From NCBI GenBank assembly GCA_029937535.1, contig JAPYPT010000001.1, forward strand, positions 5,832 to 69,831: a stretch of DNA of 64,000 bases, written 5' to 3'. A model generated the notes under the pieces. The model saw only the letters and a list, made by a program, of their open reading frames with translations, had not been told where the DNA came from and ran no database searches. Position 1 is the stretch's first letter. Each line of letters starts with the position of its first letter. The translations under genes were made by a program, and so were the position numbers. Below are positions 28,286-38,121 of this stretch, piece by piece. Source of the stretch: Alphaproteobacteria bacterium (lineage in GTDB: Bacteria; Pseudomonadota; Alphaproteobacteria; GCA-2731375).

Positions 28286-28840
28286 CTAGGCGGCCTGCAC
28301 ACCACGGCGTTGATCCCAGGCCCGCAGCCACCAGATGAGGGGAATAGCCAGCAACACCACCCATGCCTTGCCGATGATCTGCCCGTCCAGGAAATTCAGG
28401 CTGCCAAAAGCCAGTTGCAGGAACAATACGCTGTCAATGACCAGCCCGACCAGGCCCGAGGCGACGACGGCCAGAACCAGGCGGCGGCGCTGCAACGGGG
28501 TATAGACCGCGAAATCGGCCAACTCGGACAACAGAAAGGCGATGCCGGAAGCCAATACCAAAGCAGGCGGGGCCAGAAAGGCGGAAAGCGCCGCGCCGGC
28601 CAGGATCGCCCCAATAGCCCATTTCGCGCCTAGGCGCCGTTGCACCAGATCCCGCAATACCAAGGCCAGACCGATCAAGGGAACGCCGCTTGGCGCCATG
28701 ATGCCCGGCGCCACGGGGATCAAACAGGGTGAATTGGGCGGGCAAACCGTGCCCGCATGGCCCAACAGCCAATTCGCCGCCGGAATACACAGGGCAAATG
28801 CGGCAAGATAGACATAGCCTTCGATACGTGTGTTTTGCAT
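28286..28840 (-). CDS. queuosine-precursor transporter (YhhQ/DUF165, VUT family) membrane protein
   Basis: The blocks LRDLVQRRLG, SELADFAVYTPLQRRR and GLVIDSVLFLQLAF align with conserved YhhQ motifs (TDLTVRIFG; ILDVHVFNRLRQ; NVSDTLAFFFIAF). Confidence 0.5.
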   Translation of the reverse strand: MQNTRIEGYVYLAAFALCIPAANWLLGHAGTVCPPNSPCLIPVAPGIMAPSGVPLIGLALVLRDLVQRRLGAKWAIGAILAGAALSAFLAPPALVLASGIAFLLSELADFAVYTPLQRRRLVLAVVASGLVGLVIDSVLFLQLAFGSLNFLDGQIIGKAWVVLLAIPLIWWLRAWDQRRGVQAA

Positions 28841-28886
28841 AACGCCTCAACTCTCTCGAACATTTCGGACCCGATGCCTAAACGAT

Positions 28887-28928
28887 CGAGAGGCAAAAGA
28901 AAAGGGCCGCCGGAATTTCCGGCGGCCC
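28887..28928 (-). terminator. intrinsic terminator of the minus-strand Liv-type operon
   Basis: GGGCCGCCGG-aatt-CCGGCGGCCC hairpin, followed on the minus strand by UUUUCUUUUG, just 3' of the SBP gene end at 28955. Confidence 0.5.
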
Positions 28929-28954
28929 AATGGTATTCGCAAGAAACGTTGTTG

Positions 28955-30172
28955 TTACTCGCTGGAAGTTTCGGCGCTGATGACCGGGCCGAAACGAACA
29001 TTGCCCTTGCCGTCAAAACGCACCATCTGCATCTGCTCGACCGGATAGAAATCGTCCGGGCCGGTGTTGGCGACGATACCGGGAAGGGTCCCGCGGACGC
29101 GGAACTTCTTGAATGAAGCCGCCATTTTCATGATGTTGTCACGGCTGAGATCATTACCCGCTCTTTCGAGGACGTTGATCATCAGGCTGCAAACCGCCCA
29201 GCCATAGACATTAAAGGCATTGTTGATGTCGCCCTTGGGATAATACTTGGTCATGAAGGCGCGCCATTCCTTGATCTCCGCATCGTCCTTCCACTCCGGA
29301 TCGTTGGGATCCTTCAGATAGGTCACGGAGATGATGCCCTTGGACTTTTCCAGGCCCGCGGGTTTGTAGGTTGACGCGATGGTCGCCGCAACATCGTTCA
29401 ACAGATGCGTCGGCTTCCAGCCAATGGCGTCCATTTTCTTGATCGCCTGGGCGGCGAACTTCGGAATGGAGATATTAACCAGCACATCCGCGCCGCTGTT
29501 TTTCAAGCTGATGATCTGGCTGGCCACGGTCGGATCGGTAACTTCGTAACTTGCTTCCTTGACCACCTGTTGCTTGTATTTGTCACCCATGGCGTCCTTG
29601 ACGCCGATGACATAGTCCTTGCCGTAGTCGTCGTTTTGGTAAAGAACCGCGACTTTGGAGGTGGGATGGTTCTGCAAAATATAGTTGCCGAAAATCCGGC
29701 CGATGGTCTGATAGTTCGGCTGGAACCCCATGGTCCATGGGAATTTTTTAGGCTGACCCCATTTCGTGGCGCCGGTGGCAACGAATAGATGCGGCACCTT
29801 TTTCTTGTTCATGTATTTGTGAATGGCCGAATTGGTCGGCGTGCCAAGGGTCTGGAAGGTCAACGCCACCTTGTCTTTTTCGACCAATTTACGGATCTGT
29901 TCCTTGGTCTTCGGCGGGCTGTAGCCGTCATCATAGGTGATAAAGTTGATCTTGCGGCCGTTGATGCCGCCTTCCGCGTTGACCTGATTGAAGCAGGCGG
30001 AAATCGACTTGCCAATCGTCGAGTAGACCGAAGCCGGGCCACTGTATGGATTGGTGTTACCGATTTTGATTTCCGTGTCCGTGACGCCGGGGGCATTGCC
30101 CGCGGCGGCGACTCCCACACCAGCCACGAAAGCCACCGCGGCCCCCGTTGTCAGTTTGAACATCTTTCCCAT
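28955..30172 (-). CDS. ABC transporter substrate-binding protein, Liv/branched-chain-amino-acid type
   Basis: ATG at 30172 (MGKMFKLTTGAAVAFVAGVGVAAAG..., signal peptide). Peripla_BP_6-like pattern. Confidence 0.7.
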   Translation of the reverse strand: MGKMFKLTTGAAVAFVAGVGVAAAGNAPGVTDTEIKIGNTNPYSGPASVYSTIGKSISACFNQVNAEGGINGRKINFITYDDGYSPPKTKEQIRKLVEKDKVALTFQTLGTPTNSAIHKYMNKKKVPHLFVATGATKWGQPKKFPWTMGFQPNYQTIGRIFGNYILQNHPTSKVAVLYQNDDYGKDYVIGVKDAMGDKYKQQVVKEASYEVTDPTVASQIISLKNSGADVLVNISIPKFAAQAIKKMDAIGWKPTHLLNDVAATIASTYKPAGLEKSKGIISVTYLKDPNDPEWKDDAEIKEWRAFMTKYYPKGDINNAFNVYGWAVCSLMINVLERAGNDLSRDNIMKMAASFKKFRVRGTLPGIVANTGPDDFYPVEQMQMVRFDGKGNVRFGPVISAETSSE

Positions 30173-30262
30173 CGTGCTCTCCTTGTTTTCTAAGTTAACG
30201 TCTTCAGCATAGTACCGCTTGTCCCAGCAACTCAAGTCACGGGGCCGCGGTATCTGGTTTAT

Positions 30263-31330
30263 TTATCGCGCCAACCGCCGCAAATTCCGCTTTACGAAGC
30301 CGGCGACGCCCATTGGCATTATGTAAACCACAATAATCATGGCCGCGCCAAACGAAATCCAAACAAGTGCCTTCGAAGCAGGATCGCCGCCGAAGAAGAA
30401 GTCGACAGCCATTTCCGAAAAATTTGGTACGTACAAAATAAAGGCGCCACCGATAATTGCCGCGGGGATGGAGGCGATCCCGCCGATGACCATCCCGATC
30501 AACAGCAATATGGCAAAAATGAAGGTAAAGCTTTCCGGTGCAATGAATTCAACCACGATGGCGGATAACGCACCCGCCACGCCACAATAAATGCCACTGA
30601 CGCCGAAAGTCACGGATTTGTAGAGGGACAGGTTGATGCCCATTGTGCTGGCCGCGATGGGATTGTCGCGGATCGCGATCATGGCCCGGCCGGTCCGTCC
30701 CCTGACAAGATTCCAGGCCGCGATAAACAACAGGACGCCAAAGAACAGACTGAAATAGTACCACCATTGATCATTGCTCAGGAAGGCGATCGGCGAATCC
30801 GGTTTTAACAGATCAAGCCCCTGCACGCCGCCTGTAAATGGTTCGAAATGTTCGTACTTCAGCAATTGCGGTGCTGCAACGGCCAGGGCAAAAGTCGCCA
30901 ATGCCAGGTACAAACCTTCCAGCCGCAAGGCCGGCAGGCCGAACAAGAACCCGGCGGCGAAGCAGACTATTCCGGCGGGAACGATGGTAAGATAGTAAGG
31001 AACTTCCCACTGATCCATCATGATCCCGGCCGTATAGGCACCGATCGCCATGAAGGCGCTATGGCCAAGCGAGAACTGGCCGGTGAAACCGGTCAGCAGA
31101 TTAAGTCCCAGCACCGCGATCGACAGATACAAAACCTGCGTTAGCTGGAAAACACCAAAGCCTTCCATATAAAATGGCAAGAAAAGAGCCAGGGCTAATC
31201 CGATGAGGATCGAAACGCGGCGGATCCACGGCAAACTGACGCCAAAGACGCGCAACCGGTCCGCCGGGTTGGCGCGTCGTGGCGCCCCACCGCTTTTCAT
31301 CTCGGTATCGGGTAACGTAGAAGTTGTCAT
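30263..31330 (-). CDS. branched-chain amino acid ABC transporter permease (LivM-like)
   Basis: 355-aa membrane ORF. Start overlaps the upstream permease stop. Confidence 0.7.
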   Translation of the reverse strand: MTTSTLPDTEMKSGGAPRRANPADRLRVFGVSLPWIRRVSILIGLALALFLPFYMEGFGVFQLTQVLYLSIAVLGLNLLTGFTGQFSLGHSAFMAIGAYTAGIMMDQWEVPYYLTIVPAGIVCFAAGFLFGLPALRLEGLYLALATFALAVAAPQLLKYEHFEPFTGGVQGLDLLKPDSPIAFLSNDQWWYYFSLFFGVLLFIAAWNLVRGRTGRAMIAIRDNPIAASTMGINLSLYKSVTFGVSGIYCGVAGALSAIVVEFIAPESFTFIFAILLLIGMVIGGIASIPAAIIGGAFILYVPNFSEMAVDFFFGGDPASKALVWISFGAAMIIVVYIMPMGVAGFVKRNLRRLAR

Positions 31331-31332
31331 GA

Positions 31333-32217
31333 CTAAACCCTTTGCACCACTACGCGCCCAAACATTCCCGAGGGCCTAAAGATAAGAATTGTGACAATCA
31401 CGACCAGCGCGACGGTCAGCTTCAATTCACTGCCGATGAACATGCCGGCGACGGGCTCGATGACCCCCATCATGAAGCCGCCGAGGACGGCGCCGCCGGG
31501 GCTGGTCAAGCCGCCGACCACGGCGCCCGCGAAGCCATAGAGAAGAATGCCCAGCATCATGTTGGGTTCCAGATAGACCACCGGCGCGATCATCATGCCG
31601 CCCACGGCGCCAATCGCCGCCGCCAGGCCCCAGCCAAGGGCCAGCATCATACCGACGCTGATGCCCACCAGGCGGGCCGAATCCGGCGCCGCCGCCGCGG
31701 CCCGCATGGCCAGACCGACAGGGGTAAAGCGGAAGAACAGAAAGATCAGGCCCAGCATGATCAGGACGACGGCCATCATACCCAGATCATGCGGTCCGAT
31801 TAATGTCGTATCGAACGGCAGCCTCTCGGGAAATGGGCTGGGGAATTCCCGGATGGTGAATTCCCAAATATAACCCGCCCCGGCATTGAATATTTGAAAC
31901 AACGCGATGAAGACCACGATATGGGTAAAGACCGGCGCGTTGCGCAGCGGCGCGAATATGATGCGTTCGATGGCCATGCCGCCGATAAACGACAATGCGA
32001 TACAGACAAAAAACGCGACCCAGTAATTGGCCCCCCAGTCGATCATCTGCCAGGTAATGAAGGCCGAGAACATGGCCATTTCACCCTGGGCGAAATTGAA
32101 ATGATCAATGGCTTGATAGATCATCACCACCGACAAGGCGATGCAGGCATAAATGGCGCCCGTGGCCAAGCCGCCCAGGACTTGTTGTACTAACTCAACC
32201 ATGGAAATATCTGGCAT
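31333..32217 (-). CDS. branched-chain amino acid ABC transporter permease (LivH-like)
   Basis: 294-aa membrane ORF. Confidence 0.7.
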   Translation of the reverse strand: MPDISMVELVQQVLGGLATGAIYACIALSVVMIYQAIDHFNFAQGEMAMFSAFITWQMIDWGANYWVAFFVCIALSFIGGMAIERIIFAPLRNAPVFTHIVVFIALFQIFNAGAGYIWEFTIREFPSPFPERLPFDTTLIGPHDLGMMAVVLIMLGLIFLFFRFTPVGLAMRAAAAAPDSARLVGISVGMMLALGWGLAAAIGAVGGMMIAPVVYLEPNMMLGILLYGFAGAVVGGLTSPGGAVLGGFMMGVIEPVAGMFIGSELKLTVALVVIVTILIFRPSGMFGRVVVQRV

Positions 32218-32242
32218 ATCCGTTCACTCGCCCCGTCGTTTG

Positions 32243-32953
32243 TCAGTAACCAAGATAAGACTGCCGGACCGTCTCGTCCGAGCTGATTTCTTCGGACGTG
32301 CCCGAAATCACAACCCGGCCGGTCTCAAGCAAATAGGCGTGATCCGCCAGGTTCAACGCCAAGTTCGCATTCTGCTCAACCAGCAGCATGGAGACGCCTT
32401 CCTCCTGATTAATGACACGCAAAATTTCAAATAATTCCTGCACGATCAGCGGCGCCAGGCCAAACGAAGGTTCGTCCAGCAACATCAACCGCGGGCGCAA
32501 CATCAAGGCCCGGCCGACCGCCAGCATCTGCTGCTCGCCGCCCGACAGGGTACCGGCCTGTTGATTGCGCCGTTCCTTCAAACGGGGAAAATAACCGTAG
32601 ACCCGCTCCATATCCTCGGCCACGGCACCTGCATCCCGCCGGGAGTAGGCGCCAAGCCTGAGGTTATCTTCCGTGCTGACGCGGACAAAGGTGCCCCGGC
32701 CTTCCGGCACGTGGGCGACGCCGTATCGCACTATCTTTTCGGTCTTTTTTCCCGCGATCGATTCGCCATCGAAACTGACTTGACCGTTTGTCTTTACCAT
32801 GCCGCAGATCGCCCGCAAGGTGGTTGTCTTGCCGGCCCCATTGGCGCCCAGAATTGTTGTGATCCCGCCTTGCTCCAGCGAGAAACTGATGCCATGCAAG
32901 GCCTGAATGGGCCCGTAAAAAGCCTCAAGATTGGCTACATCCAAAAATGCCAT
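32243..32953 (-). CDS. ABC transporter ATP-binding protein (LivF-like)
   Basis: Walker A GANGAGKTT, LSGGEQQ signature. Confidence 0.75.
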   Translation of the reverse strand: MAFLDVANLEAFYGPIQALHGISFSLEQGGITTILGANGAGKTTTLRAICGMVKTNGQVSFDGESIAGKKTEKIVRYGVAHVPEGRGTFVRVSTEDNLRLGAYSRRDAGAVAEDMERVYGYFPRLKERRNQQAGTLSGGEQQMLAVGRALMLRPRLMLLDEPSFGLAPLIVQELFEILRVINQEEGVSMLLVEQNANLALNLADHAYLLETGRVVISGTSEEISSDETVRQSYLGY

Positions 32954-33762
32954 CAGTCAGTCGTCCCCAGATAGGCCCGAATAACCTCCGGGTTTTGCTG
33001 CACTTCGGCCGGTGTTCCTTCGCCGATCTTGCGGCCAAAGTCGATTGCCACGACGACATCGGATACCGCCATGACCAAACTCATGTGATGTTCCACCAGC
33101 AGCACGGTAATATTGCGGTCATGGCCGATCTGCCGCAGCGTATCGGCCAGTTCCTCGACCTCGTCATGGTTCAAACCACCGGCCGGTTCATCAAGCAGCA
33201 ACAGCTTCGGTTTGCTGGCGATCGCCCGGGCCAGTTCGACGCGCTTTTGAATGCCGAACGGCAGGCCGCCCACGGGATCGTAGGCGTGATCGCCCAGTTG
33301 CAGATACTCGATCAATTCCCATGCGATATCCTGCAGCATGCTTTCCTCGCGGCCGACCCAGGGCAGCCTCAGGGCATTGGACAGGAAATCGCTTTTGCTG
33401 CGCGAATGACAGCCGATCATGATGTTGTCGAGTACCGACATGGTCGCGAACAGCGCCAGATTCTGAAAGGTCCGGCCAATACCCAGATTGGCAATCTGGT
33501 AAGGCACGGTATTCAGGATGGTCTGGCCTTCGAACAGGATATCGCCCGAATTGGGGATATAGAGCCGGCTAAGACAGTTGAACAATGTTGTCTTGCCGGC
33601 ACCGTTCGGTCCGATCAGACCCAGTATGGCGCCTTCGGGTACATCGAAGCTGACACCGTCGAGTGCAATGATACCGCCGAAATGCACGGCGACATCCTTC
33701 ACTTGCAGTATCGGGCGACCGGAGGAAGACGCCTCCGTGGCGTTGGCTGAAACTTGGCTCAT
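32953..33762 (-). CDS. ABC transporter ATP-binding protein (LivG-like)
   Basis: Walker A GPNGAGKTT, LLLDEP Walker B. Confidence 0.75.
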   Translation of the reverse strand: MSQVSANATEASSSGRPILQVKDVAVHFGGIIALDGVSFDVPEGAILGLIGPNGAGKTTLFNCLSRLYIPNSGDILFEGQTILNTVPYQIANLGIGRTFQNLALFATMSVLDNIMIGCHSRSKSDFLSNALRLPWVGREESMLQDIAWELIEYLQLGDHAYDPVGGLPFGIQKRVELARAIASKPKLLLLDEPAGGLNHDEVEELADTLRQIGHDRNITVLLVEHHMSLVMAVSDVVVAIDFGRKIGEGTPAEVQQNPEVIRAYLGTTD

Positions 33763-34063
33763 TTTATGAATACATACCGAAACGGCACCAAACGATGCCT
33801 GGGAATAGGCCCATGGGCCTCTGGCAATTCATCTACTAGTCCTCCCGTCGACACCTTGGCGGCGCCTGATACTGTTGGAGCGCAATATGCGTCAGCTTGT
33901 CACGGGACGCAAAGAATATTTTTGTTACAGAGTTTTAACGGCATGATGATTCGAAGATAATCGCGATACACACCAACGACTTGGCACCGGTCTCCCGCCT
34001 TTCGTTACAATGTCTTGAACCCACCGGGTGCAAATCCGGACCGCGATGGGCTATATCTTTACC

Positions 34064-36403
34064 ATGTCCGATCCCTTCGATTTAGAACAAATGGCGCCGG
34101 TGAGCGCCGACGGCCCCGGTACTGGTTCCAGCGGCGGCCCCGGCGGTGGCACCGGCGGTGACGTAGCGCCACCGCCCGGCTATATTTCGCAGCTCAATCC
34201 GGAGCAACGCGCGGCGGTGGAGGCGGTGGCGGGCCCGGTCCTGGTTCTGGCCGGCGCCGGCACCGGCAAGACCCGGGTGCTGACCACCCGTCTGGCCCAT
34301 ATTTTGCACCAGCGCCTGGCCTTTCCCAGCCAGCTTTTGGTGGTGACTTTTACCAACAAGGCAGCCCGCGAGATGGCCGATCGCACGGCGGAACTGGTGG
34401 GCCGGGCCGTCGAAGGTCTATGGCTGGGTACCTTCCATTCCATCGGTGTCCGCCTGTTGCGCCGTCATGGCGAACTGGTCGGCTTGAAAAGCAACTTCAC
34501 CATCCTGGACACGGATGATCAGCTGCGCCTGTTGAAACAGTTGATCGAGGCCGAACAACTCGACCCCAAGCGCTGGCCCGCGCGGCTTCTAGCGGCCTCC
34601 ATCGACCGTTGGAAAGACCGCGGCCTGATCCCCTCGAAAGTGCCGCCGGGCGAAGGGGAAAACTTCGCCAACGGCAAGGGGGTTGTTCTGTACAAGGCCT
34701 ATCAGGAACGTTTGAAAGTCCTGAATGCCTGCGATTTTGGCGATCTGCTGCTGCATTGCCTGACCATCTTCGCCGAACATGGAGATGTCCTGGCCAGCTA
34801 TCAAAAACAGTTCCGCTATATCCTGGTCGATGAGTACCAGGATACCAACGTCTCGCAATATCTGTTGCTGCGCCTGCTGGCCCAGGGCCACCGTAATATC
34901 TGTTGCGTCGGCGATGACGATCAATCGATCTATTCCTGGCGCGGCGCCGAGGTCGGCAACATTCTACGCTTCGAGAAGGATTTTCCCGGCGCCAAGGTTA
35001 TCCGCCTGGAGTGCAATTACCGCTCCACGCCGCATATCCTGGGCGCCGCCGCCGGCCTGATCGACAAGAATGAAGGCCGCCTGGGCAAGACCCTATGGAC
35101 GGAACTGAACAGCGGCGAAAAAGTCCAGGTCCACGGCCTGTGGGATGGCGCCGAGGAAGCCCGTGACGTGGGCGAGCAGGTCGAGGATTTGCAGCGCCGG
35201 GAACAATCCCTCAATGAAATGGCCATCCTGGTCCGCGCTTCGTTCCAAACCCGGGAGTTCGAGGAGCGATTCCTAACCCTGGGCGTGCCCTACCGCCTGA
35301 TCGGCGGCACGCGGTTCTATGAGCGGGCGGAAATCCGTGACGCGGTCGCTTATCTGCGCGTGCTGGCGCAACCCGATGACGACCTGGCTTTCGAGCGGAT
35401 CGTCAATACGCCCAAGCGGGGCCTGGGCAACGCAACCCTGCAATTGCTGCATCAAGCCGCCCGCGACATGGCCATTCCGCTGACCCGCGCCGCCCGCGCC
35501 ATGGTTGGCGGCGATGATCTGAAGGCCCGGGCCCGGAATAGCCTGACCAAATTGCTGGATGATTTCGACCGCTGGCGCGGCCTTATCGATGGCATGCCGC
35601 CCGGAGAGTTGACCGAAGTCATTCTGGAGGAAAGCGGTTACACCGACATGTGGCAGGCCAGCAAGGACGCCAAGGCGCCGAGCAAACTGGAAAACCTCAA
35701 GGAACTGATTGTGGCCCTGGAACCGTTCGACAAACTGGGCGGCTTTTTGGAGCATGTCAGCCTTGTCATGGATGTGGAAATGGCCCAGGCCGAGGACGCG
35801 GTCAATATCCTGACCCTGCATGGCTCCAAGGGTTTGGAATTCAACACGGTGTTCCTGCCCGGCTGGGAAGACGGGCTGTTTCCCCACCAGCGCGCCCTGG
35901 ATGAAAACGGCCTGGCCGCCCTGGAGGAGGAGCGGCGCCTGGCCTATGTGGGCCTGACGCGGGCCCGCCAACGGGCGATCATAAGTTTCGCCGCGAACCG
36001 CCAGGTCTTTGGCCAGTGGAAAGTTTCCCCGCCCAGCCGTTTCGTGGCGGAACTGCCCCCCGAACATATCGAGACGGAGATGGAGCCCGGATTATATGCG
36101 GGCGGCGGCGAGCCGGTCTTGGAAATGGCGGCGCCGGGCGCCTTCACGTTCACTGACAGCCCGTCCTCGACCCGCATGCGGCGCGCGCCCGCCGCCGCCC
36201 CGCCGCCCAGCTATATTCAGGGCCAGGCGGAGCAGATCATCACCTCCGACCCAGCCGTATCGGATTACGCCATCGGCGAGCGCGTGTTCCATCAGAAATT
36301 CGGCTATGGCCTGATCGAGGATATCGAAGGCAACAAGCTGTCCATCGCCTTTGACAAGGCGGGCGCGAAGAAAGTCATCGACAGTTTCGTGCAGCCTGCC
36401 TGA
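34064..36403 (+). CDS. uvrD: ATP-dependent DNA helicase UvrD/Rep family (DNA helicase II)
   Basis: Gly-rich N-terminal linker, then LNPEQRAAVEA, Walker A AGAGTGKT, DEYQDTN and helicase motifs V-VI. ATG at 34064. An alternative in-frame start lies at 34028. Confidence 0.8.
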   Translation: MSDPFDLEQMAPVSADGPGTGSSGGPGGGTGGDVAPPPGYISQLNPEQRAAVEAVAGPVLVLAGAGTGKTRVLTTRLAHILHQRLAFPSQLLVVTFTNKAAREMADRTAELVGRAVEGLWLGTFHSIGVRLLRRHGELVGLKSNFTILDTDDQLRLLKQLIEAEQLDPKRWPARLLAASIDRWKDRGLIPSKVPPGEGENFANGKGVVLYKAYQERLKVLNACDFGDLLLHCLTIFAEHGDVLASYQKQFRYILVDEYQDTNVSQYLLLRLLAQGHRNICCVGDDDQSIYSWRGAEVGNILRFEKDFPGAKVIRLECNYRSTPHILGAAAGLIDKNEGRLGKTLWTELNSGEKVQVHGLWDGAEEARDVGEQVEDLQRREQSLNEMAILVRASFQTREFEERFLTLGVPYRLIGGTRFYERAEIRDAVAYLRVLAQPDDDLAFERIVNTPKRGLGNATLQLLHQAARDMAIPLTRAARAMVGGDDLKARARNSLTKLLDDFDRWRGLIDGMPPGELTEVILEESGYTDMWQASKDAKAPSKLENLKELIVALEPFDKLGGFLEHVSLVMDVEMAQAEDAVNILTLHGSKGLEFNTVFLPGWEDGLFPHQRALDENGLAALEEERRLAYVGLTRARQRAIISFAANRQVFGQWKVSPPSRFVAELPPEHIETEMEPGLYAGGGEPVLEMAAPGAFTFTDSPSSTRMRRAPAAAPPPSYIQGQAEQIITSDPAVSDYAIGERVFHQKFGYGLIEDIEGNKLSIAFDKAGAKKVIDSFVQPA

Positions 36404-36410
36404 TGACCGC

Positions 36411-37298
36411 ATGACGACAACCGGCATTTGGCAGGCGGTGGTGATCGTGCCGCCGCCGCTGGCCCCGGCCTTCGAGGAGGCATTGGAAGCGGCATCGGAG
36501 GCGGGGGCACTGGCTTGTTCCAGATTTGAAACCACCCCCGGCGGGCCCTGGTCGATCCAGGTGCTGTTGCAAGGACCGGTGGATAAAAAGGCGCTCGAGA
36601 CCCGCCTTGCCCTGGCCGCCGCCGCCCTGGACGTGCCGGCGCCGATCCTCAGTCTGAGCCCGGTTCCGGAACAGGATTGGGTTACCGCCTCGTACCGGGC
36701 CCAGCCGCCCGTTCAGGCGGGACGTTTTTTTGTCCATGGCGCCCATGACCGGGGCACGGCGCCGGGTGGCGCCATCACCCTGGAAGTGGACGCCGGCCGC
36801 GCCTTCGGCAATGGCCGCCATGAAACCACATATGGCTGTCTGCTAGCGCTCGATCACCTTGCCAAGACACGACGGTATCGCCAGCCCCTGGATCTGGGCT
36901 GCGGCGCCGGGGTGCTAGCCCTGGCCATGGCGCGGCTTTGGCGCGTGCCCGTCGTTGCCACCGACATCGATCCCTGGGCCGTCGCCGTGGCCCGCGATAA
37001 CGCCCGGCGCAATCATCTTCACCCCTGGGTCCGGCCCTTGCTGTCCGACGGCTTCGCCCATCCCAATCTTGCTGCCGGCGCGCCCTATGACCTGATCATG
37101 GCCAACATTCTGGCCCGCCCGCTGCAACGCCTGGCCCCGGCCATCGCCCAGCACCTGGCGCCAGGCGGCCGGGTGGTGCTGTCGGGTTTGCTGGCAAAAC
37201 AGGACGCCCAGGTCCGCGCCGCCTATATGGCTCAAGGCCTTTATCTGCGTCGGCGCAGGCTCTTGGGCGAATGGCTGACCTTGGAATTGACCAGGTGA
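36411..37298 (+). CDS. prmA: ribosomal protein L11 methyltransferase
   Basis: LDLGCGAGVLALA SAM-binding motif I and typical PrmA length. ATG at 36411 overlaps the uvrD stop region. Confidence 0.75.
   Translation: MTTTGIWQAVVIVPPPLAPAFEEALEAASEAGALACSRFETTPGGPWSIQVLLQGPVDKKALETRLALAAAALDVPAPILSLSPVPEQDWVTASYRAQPPVQAGRFFVHGAHDRGTAPGGAITLEVDAGRAFGNGRHETTYGCLLALDHLAKTRRYRQPLDLGCGAGVLALAMARLWRVPVVATDIDPWAVAVARDNARRNHLHPWVRPLLSDGFAHPNLAAGAPYDLIMANILARPLQRLAPAIAQHLAPGGRVVLSGLLAKQDAQVRAAYMAQGLYLRRRRLLGEWLTLELTR
37197..37298. repeat. direct repeat copy A (last ~33 codons of prmA)
   Basis: About 90% identical to 38122-38222. Copy A is the in-gene prmA terminus. Confidence 0.6.
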
Positions 37299-37331
37299 AC
37301 CAGCCGCCGAAAGCAATCCTGCAGCGGTGAG

Positions 37332-37889
37332 TTGGGATCGAAACTGGCCTATAGTAGGGTAGCGTCCCCTTTGTTTCTGCATAAAGGACATCACAACAAA
37401 AGGACCCAAAAATTGTCTGACGACGAGAAAGCAACACCGGTTGGCTTGTTCAATTACGCTCATACGTATGCAGCATCTGCTGCTGCATTATCAGCCGCGG
37501 AAGTTAAGGCGACTCACTGGAACGCGCCAGTGTATTTTCTCTACTTCCATGCAATCGAGCTGTATCTAAAAGCATTTCTATTAGCCCAAGGTGTCACTCT
37601 TGGTGAGCTGAAGGGGAAGTACGTCCACAGCATACGCAAGCTCGCTGAGAAGGCTGAGGAGCATCGGCTTGATATCATGGCTCAGTATAAAGGGGCAATC
37701 GAGCTCATAGACAAGACCGACAACGTGATCTCATCCCGATACCTCCGTGTGGGGGCCCATACGCGGTTGCCCTTCTCTGTCTTCGACAACTTCTGCCGGT
37801 CCCTCCATCAGCAGATCGAGCCCACGGTCTATGACCCAACCGGCATCACGCGCCGTCCCGAGCTATGGCCAAAGCCTCCACTTCTTTGA
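37332..37889 (+). CDS. hypothetical protein in low-GC insertion (possible HEPN-like Rx4-6H motif)
   Basis: 185-aa ORF with markedly lower GC than its surroundings. Contains 'HAIELYLKAFLLAQG' and 'SRYLRVGAHTR' (R-x6-H). No confident family assignment. Confidence 0.35.
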   Translation: MGSKLAYSRVASPLFLHKGHHNKRTQKLSDDEKATPVGLFNYAHTYAASAAALSAAEVKATHWNAPVYFLYFHAIELYLKAFLLAQGVTLGELKGKYVHSIRKLAEKAEEHRLDIMAQYKGAIELIDKTDNVISSRYLRVGAHTRLPFSVFDNFCRSLHQQIEPTVYDPTGITRRPELWPKPPLL

Positions 37890-38099
37890 AAACTACGAAA
37901 TTAACCCCAGATTTAAGGGGACGCTACCCTTCCAGGTTTTCCAGGTTTAAGGGGACGCTGGGTCTATTGATAAAGTCGCTATTTCTGGTCGTTCGAGTAT
38001 GCAGACCGGATTTCGGCAAAATGTGGTAGGGATAAATGGAGGGACATAATGATAAAGGGGGCGCTACCTTTTTAAAAAAAAGGACGCTACCCTTATCAG
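37353..38099. mobile_element. ~750-bp low-GC insertion bounded by inverted copies of a 16-nt motif (AAGGGGACGCTACCCT) with 3 further subterminal copies; no transposase or integrase
   Basis: Left end 37356-37371 is an inverted copy. Further copies lie at 37913, 37948, 38050 and 38081 (direct copies; 37948 and 38050 are partial or variant). The whole lies between the duplicated prmA tails. Confidence 0.35.
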
Positions 38100-38121
38100 G
38101 TCGCTATTGGCCAGTCGGCGA

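Noticed and set aside
33763-34027. Possible tRNA or small RNA in the 265-bp livG / uvrD divergent intergenic region (and other gaps)
   Set aside because: No cloverleaf-compatible segments or conserved T-loop (GTTCRANYC) were found by eye. The region is interpreted as a plain divergent promoter.
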